Positions 57,851 through 64,000 of a stretch of 64,000 nucleotides of DNA are shown in pieces; the first letter of the stretch is position 1; the number at the start of each line of letters is the position of its first letter. The notes beneath the pieces are model-generated. The model was not told where the DNA came from. It made no database searches and saw nothing but the letters and a program-made list of their open reading frames with translations. Source of the stretch: the human T2T-CHM13v2.0 reference genome, Homo sapiens; the NCBI RefSeq assembly GCF_009914755.1, contig NC_060928.1, one strand, 5' to 3'. The translations under genes were made by a program, and so were the position numbers.

Positions 57851-59832
57851 ACAAAGGAATACAAGAATAGTAGAAAGTCTACGCGATTAACTGCTTTGCA
57901 CCTGGCCAGTGTGAATGATGCTTTCATGAGCTAACCTTTTACATTTGGTTCATAATTTGTAAACACAGTGTAGGGGAAATATACAGGCTGACTGAAAATA
58001 GTTATAGAAATTGAGACAAAATACAAAGCATGTTAAGGGAGCAATGAAAAGTTAAGGGAAATGGCAAGATGTTTTAAAAAGAAAATGTGGCAGGAGTATA
58101 TACAGGTTAAAATTATGAGGGCTGATACCTATTTTGCATGAGCCTACTTCCTTTCTTTTTCAGATCTGCTGCTGGTAGGCTTTCAAATTAAAAAGTGGTA
58201 CTATCACAAATGTTACAAAAATGTTACCTTGAGTGCAGCAAGTTTTGTGCATGCTATAGACATGTATGCTAAGACACAATGAAGATAAACCTACAAGTTA
58301 ATGGAAAAATCAATTAAATTTGATTTTTATAAAAGAGTTTTAGAAGTGATTAATAATTACTGTTAAATGAAGAATTAATTCAATTTTTATCAGTTCCTTT
58401 AAAAATTTTCCAGGATTTAGCTTGTGAATTACTTGTTCTTTAAAAAGAAAATTGTAGGTCACGATCAGAAAGTGTAATACATAGACATATTTATATATCC
58501 ACATGTAAGATGTATTTATATTTATATTTTATACACACAAATAACTCTAAACAGATAATTATTTTAAACCATTTTATAAAACGCTGACTTTATGATTTTT
58601 TTATTATTCAGTGTCAAAATATAAAATTTGCCCTCTTTACCTTGATAACTTGTTACATCTGTCATCTTTCTTTAGGGTTTATACGTGTTCCCTTTATTAA
58701 TCACTTCTCATTTCTATTTAATGACCAAATTCAGTTGTCAAAGTAATTAAATCTACCTTAGGAACAACTTACCATTTCTATGTGGTTCTCAAGTCTTTTG
58801 CTAAAGTAGCAGAAAACTTCCTTCTAAAATGGTGTAAAAGTGAAAAAAGATATCATATTGAATAGAAAAATCAAGGAGAATAATACCCTAAAGGTAAGGA
58901 TCTTAAATGCCAAGTGCCCTTTCTCAGCCTCAACCATTTATTCTGAAAATGGCCTATCAAAAAAGCTTAGAAGGAGCAGTTTAATTACTGTTCCTTTGAC
59001 ATAAGTAATAAATTTTCAGTAGCAGAACCATGCATTTATTTAAGGCCAAATGGTGTACAACAAAACTGTCCTCCAAGGTATTTCTTTCTACCGTTTTTCC
59101 CCACTTGGCCTCTACAGCTACGTTTTAACAACAATGTCTTTTTTGGGAGATATTTTAAAATATAAGCCTTAAATCATGGTTCTCTTTAGAAATAATAAAA
59201 CCCAGCAAGAGAATTAAGAGAAGAGCACAACTTACTTTTAAACACTGAATAAATTAAATGTTTTAGTATATCTATATATTATGCTTATAGATATATATTT
59301 ATACTTTATGAGTACTTTCTACACTGAATCTATGCCAATATGGGTACTTACCTCCACTAGCTTATACCTCTGTATCTTTACGTATGTCCAGACTTCATTT
59401 ATGTCATGAATGAAGAAATCACTAATCGACTGCCATTAGTGGATGGCACAAGGGCAAAGTCCATTTTGTTCATAGTGGTTGGTACCATCCCTGAAACATA
59501 ATAGGGATCTCATAATAATATTTAAATAAATAGACATTTTTAAATTCTGTATCCTGATAAGAATCAAAACACATTTCTTTTTTAATTGTCAACTTTGGTT
59601 TTAAATAAATATTAGGTACAGAAATCTCTCTCTTCATATATATATACATATATATGTATATATATCCATATTTCCTGAATTTATTAGTCCTTATCCCACT
59701 ATAAGAAGCAAGTCATATAATGGTTTTGAAGAATTAAAATCCCTTTAAGAGTTGTCAATGCATTATTAATGTTAATATAATTAATGTATAATATTAATAT
59801 ATTGTTTTGAAGTTTATTCTACAAATATATAT

Positions 59833-59882
59833 ATATGTATATGATACACACACACAAATATGTATATGATACACACACACAA
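59833..59882. repeat. Perfect 25-bp tandem duplication of a TA/CA unit
   Basis: atatgtatatgatacacacacacaa x2. Confidence 0.9.
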
Positions 59883-62800
59883 ATATATACCCCTTTTGAC
59901 AAATGAAATAAAGTTTGCAAACTTTCCCATCTTTTGTGCAAATGCTTTGGTGAATCTGGCCTAAGTAGCTTTATCTTTAAAATTAACTTTTATTCTTAAT
60001 ATGTTCTTCTATCATATACAGCTATAAGCAAAATATTTTAATGACCTCATTCTGGGTAAAATATGTCACTTAAAAGTATTAACTATCAATCTTTTACATC
60101 CAGTTTATAAGGGTTGTGTAAATAGTAAAATTGCAGGGTCAACTGAAACTGAGAACTCAAACTCAAACTGAAGACTCCAATAATTAAGAATGGCTCAGAG
60201 AATATTATGTTCAAATAAACAAACAAAAATACCCCCCTTTTTATTAATCTACATAATCCCTCTTTGGTTTAATAGGATTTAAACTAGCTCTAAATATATG
60301 AGCCTCTCTGAATTTTGAGAGGCTTAAAGCTTTCTTCCAAGCAAGCAAAGTGGATTAAAACCAACCTTTGTGTTTTACAATTTGCATTTAACTGACCTAT
60401 ACTGTGAGTCTAACTAAAGCCCTTAAGTGTTTTCTTCTCCTGGAGCTGGCATCTCTCTCGGATAAGATCATGAGATTCTATTTCCTTTGATGTATTTCAG
60501 CTTGCAAGCACAGTAACATGAACAAATTCCTTGCCAGCTATCCTCTTCTCTCCCAACCCACACATGCCCCCAAAGCATTCTCGGCTTTCATACAGAGCTC
60601 TTTATTTTTGTGGCAAATGTTCTCATTTAAGGGGGAAAATAGATTTTCTGAGAAAATCCTGAAGGGGGAACACATAGATCTTCTTAATGAGGTGTCAACG
60701 GGATGTCAATGAGGTGTTAAAATAGGTCGAGGCCATGCTGAATTTTTCCTTTCTTTTTCAATAATTTCTCTAAATTTCCAGTAGCCAATGTTAATAAAAT
60801 GAAAAACCACCTTTTCTTTCATATGGTCTGCTTTGATGAATCTCATTGGCATTCTCAAGGTTGCTAACCTATGGCTCTTTTGAAACAGAACCAAGATTTC
60901 TATGTATAGTTCTTCGATTTTTAAAAACAAAACACAATATCATGCATTAATTATATTATGCAACTGCTATAATTTTTATCACTTATGTAAAAATCTCAAA
61001 TATATATGTGCATATAAATATAAAAACAAAGGAATGTATAGCGTATACTTTCATGTCTGTTTTGGAAGCCTATAACCTTATGTGAACTAAGTTGCATAGT
61101 TAAATGTGGATGACAAAGAGGCAGCCAAATTTAAATATCTTTCAAAGAAAAAGGAGGAAAAAAAGAAAGGAAAGAAGGCAAGCAGGCACTCTGAATGTAT
61201 TATTCATTAATGAAGAGAGTGCTGTATGGCACACTTGTAAGGCACTGTTTGTCTGAGCAAAGTGGGCAGTTGATATTTACAAGTATGAAATATAAAGATA
61301 TCAAATATATTAACTGGAGTGCTGCTTTATGGATTGGCTGACTTTCAGAAGCATGAGAATGACTCTCAAAAGCCTGGCTACTGGTGCCAAATTGTTATGG
61401 ATCATTTACAACCATTTTAAATAATTACAATTATTTTAAATAATTCTGGTATGTGTTACTTACTACAGCTGAAGAAAAATCAGTCCTTTCCTAGTAGGTC
61501 AGAAACTTTTTATTCTTAGTCAACTCTGTTTGTCTGTCCCAGCCAAAGCTCCAGGAAATATCATCAGGTATTGTCTAGAGCCCTGTTGTTGAGGTGTTGA
61601 TTCGACCAGAAGACAAACATGTCATTTGTGAAATTCTGATTTTCAGTTTGTGTATTGATTAGCATAATTTTTTCTGCTTTTTTCTTTGAATCATATACAG
61701 AGCCATATGGCGACGATAGCTGTACAAAAGGCCTTGTGTAACATATCAAATGGATATAAGTCAAGTAACAATAATTGAAAGTATTAAAAGATTGTTCAGT
61801 CTTGCTGAAGAAATCAAGTGACAATGACTCCCTAAGTCTATATTTTCTTTCATCTGCATAGGTTTTTTTTTTTTTTTTAATGAGATAAGCTTTAGACAAG
61901 TTACCTTCCCATTAGTACAGATCTAGATTTTCCATCTTAATAGTGGTATTCATTCGGGTACTTAAGTTCAGCAATAATGCAGACTTCCTGCTGCTTGGCC
62001 AAAAAATAAAAAAGAAGAAAAAAAAACAGAAGTTATTATTTCATCCATAACTAATTGAACTAAGAAATTAAACTCATGAGTGGTTCCTCAGGACATAAGC
62101 TATACTATTTATTATATTAGGTATTTATTATGTTAGGTCAAGTAAGGAAAACATTTTTTATTACCACCTTGTGTCATTCACTGCTATGGATAAGATGGCC
62201 ATCCTTAGGAGTCTGTTGTAAAAATTGTTAGTTATACTACCAGAAAAGGATATTATGCGTCCCATCTCTGCAAGAAGACAGTTCTCTGAGAAAGTTAGGA
62301 AGTCATAGACTTGTAATGGTATAGCTTTTTATGCCACAGAAAAGTAATCCTTGCTCCTGGATTGGCATTAAAAATGAAGTGATTCTCACATTTAAAAAAA
62401 AGAAAGAAAGAAATGTACAAGAGATGTTACTATTTTTATTAGAGTTCTAGGTATATTATCTCTGGGAGTTTTCACGAAAAATAGTCACTATTACAACCTA
62501 AGAATATTTATTTATCCTATTCCATTGCAAATGTAAGTTTCTTTGTGTTCAAAAGGGTACCATTATAGGTAAGATTGCCTGATACACCTTGATATTCTCA
62601 TTTTTTTCTATGCTTAAACATTTTGAATGAATGCAACTTTCCATTATGGGTTCATTCATTTGTCTTTTCTCTGACAAGACACAGAATTACATAAATTGCA
62701 CACACTACCAATAGTTTGAGAAATCAAAATTAAAGACTTGGGGTATCATGGATTAAATGGAGAGCCTTAAACAAGGACAGAGGAAAAATATAGCTAAAAA

Positions 62801-64000
62801 GGTAAAATGCAAATGTATACAGAGAAGATATGACGATTGTGGTTCAAAGACTCTCTTGTTCTAACTGATACTGAGAAAAAACTCTCTACCCTATGTGTAC
62901 TCCAAGGATCTGAGTCTGTAGTTTACCTCTCTAACTGGAGAAACTCACTTTAATCTTCTATGGGTGTAATTTTGTAGTTCTTTTACTTTGATAATGGGTG
63001 AAGTTGTTTTAGTTGAGTAACACATATCCAAGTATGAATTCCTTGTACTTTAATTGTTTACAAAGTAATCAAGGACATCTGATAGAGTATATTTCTCCAG
63101 CAATGTCCAAAATCAGTATTTGTCTGATGTCTTCTCCAGAATACCAGATAACCTGATATAGGTTATACAGGGGACGATTTGGTGGTTGAAAGGAAGGACG
63201 CCATGATAGGACTGATGTGAATTAGTGCTTTAAAATATTTTGCTAACCAACTTGCAAAAGACTGAAAACAAGTACAGAGGGGTTTATTTTTATTTGCACG
63301 GGACAGTCAGTGAACTTGACAGGGGGTGACCTATGACTTCTTGAGAAGAAAGAATGAAAGGCTATGAAAGTGAATTATAGTATGCTGGGTCATCAGAGAT
63401 TAAGGACGTATGACAGTTTAGATAAATTTGGCTTTTACATTCCATTTGTTCTTTTCACTTTTCCCAAGATTTGTAGATGGTTTGGACACTGAGTATCTGA
63501 GTAAGAGACACAACTTTACATCATAACTATCATAGTAAAATGTATTTCTCTATCAATAGAGAAATAAGTTGAAATGTACTAGTTAGGGAAAAATGTAATA
63601 TGACAGTTTTAGCCACTGTGAGTACAGTAGCTTGTTAACAGGAGAATAATTTTAACTAGAAAATAAACATGTTGTTAGTGAATTATTGTACCCACAGAGG
63701 GAGGCTATTATTTGGTGATGTTTAAGAAGTCCCTCTGGGTGTAGTTCCAGTTTATTTTTAATCTTTACAGTATTTCCAGGATTGTGTTCATTATAGATGA
63801 AGGTGGAATTGGCATGTCTACTGCCCTTCTTGAAAATGTTTCTTTCTGGTTTTGTTTGATACTTTTACCATTTCCTCACCACTGAATTCTCATAGAAAAT
63901 TTTTGGCAAAAAGTGTAGAGATTTTCTTGTTTTCCTAGGCAAGTGTCCTGGCTTCTCAAGACCTATTCTTAGGTATCATAGAAATTATTATTTCTGAAAT

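Noticed and set aside
58140-58180. Plus-strand microexon (ctttctttttcag|ATCTGCTGCTG|gtaggc)
   Set aside because: 11 nt, not frame-preserving, weak donor and no supporting gene context.
61564-61899. 111-aa minus-strand ORF as a coding exon
   Set aside because: No recognisable domain, crosses a poly(A) run, no ATG at the listed start and no pyrimidine-rich acceptor; consistent with a chance ORF.
63040-63210. Exon-like minus-strand segment (VIWYSGEDIRQILILD...)
   Set aside because: All three frames close within about 100 nt, the acceptor is weak and I recognise no homology.

Overview
This is AT-rich primate genomic DNA. AluY and L1PA2/L1PA3-type elements point to a hominoid/great ape such as human. 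It reads as a gene-poor interval or the interior of a very long intron. I found no credible cellular protein-coding exon, RNA gene, CpG island or CRISPR array. Where the supplied ORFs are recognisable they are Alu, L1 or Tigger translations; the rest look like chance ORFs. A large part of the window is interspersed repeat: about 17 Alu copies or fragments, L1s of many ages, L2/MIR, several ERV/MaLR solo LTRs and DNA transposon relics (MER44/Tigger7, MER58, MADE1). I cannot support a new gene system. The most notable signal is a set of local DNA-copying scars: (i) a 96-bp identical tract carrying two shared non-consensus variants between two inverted L1s of different subfamilies, consistent with ectopic gene conversion; (ii) a 5'-inverted, twin-priming-like Alu; (iii) an iterative fold-back insertion inside an Alu; (iv) two insertions inside L1s apparently copied from sequence 1.4-1.9 kb away; (v) a 90-bp dispersed duplication of apparently unique DNA. 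A few non-repeat segments look like candidate enhancers. Repeat subfamily names come from recalled consensus sequences, not a database search, and old-element boundaries are approximate.
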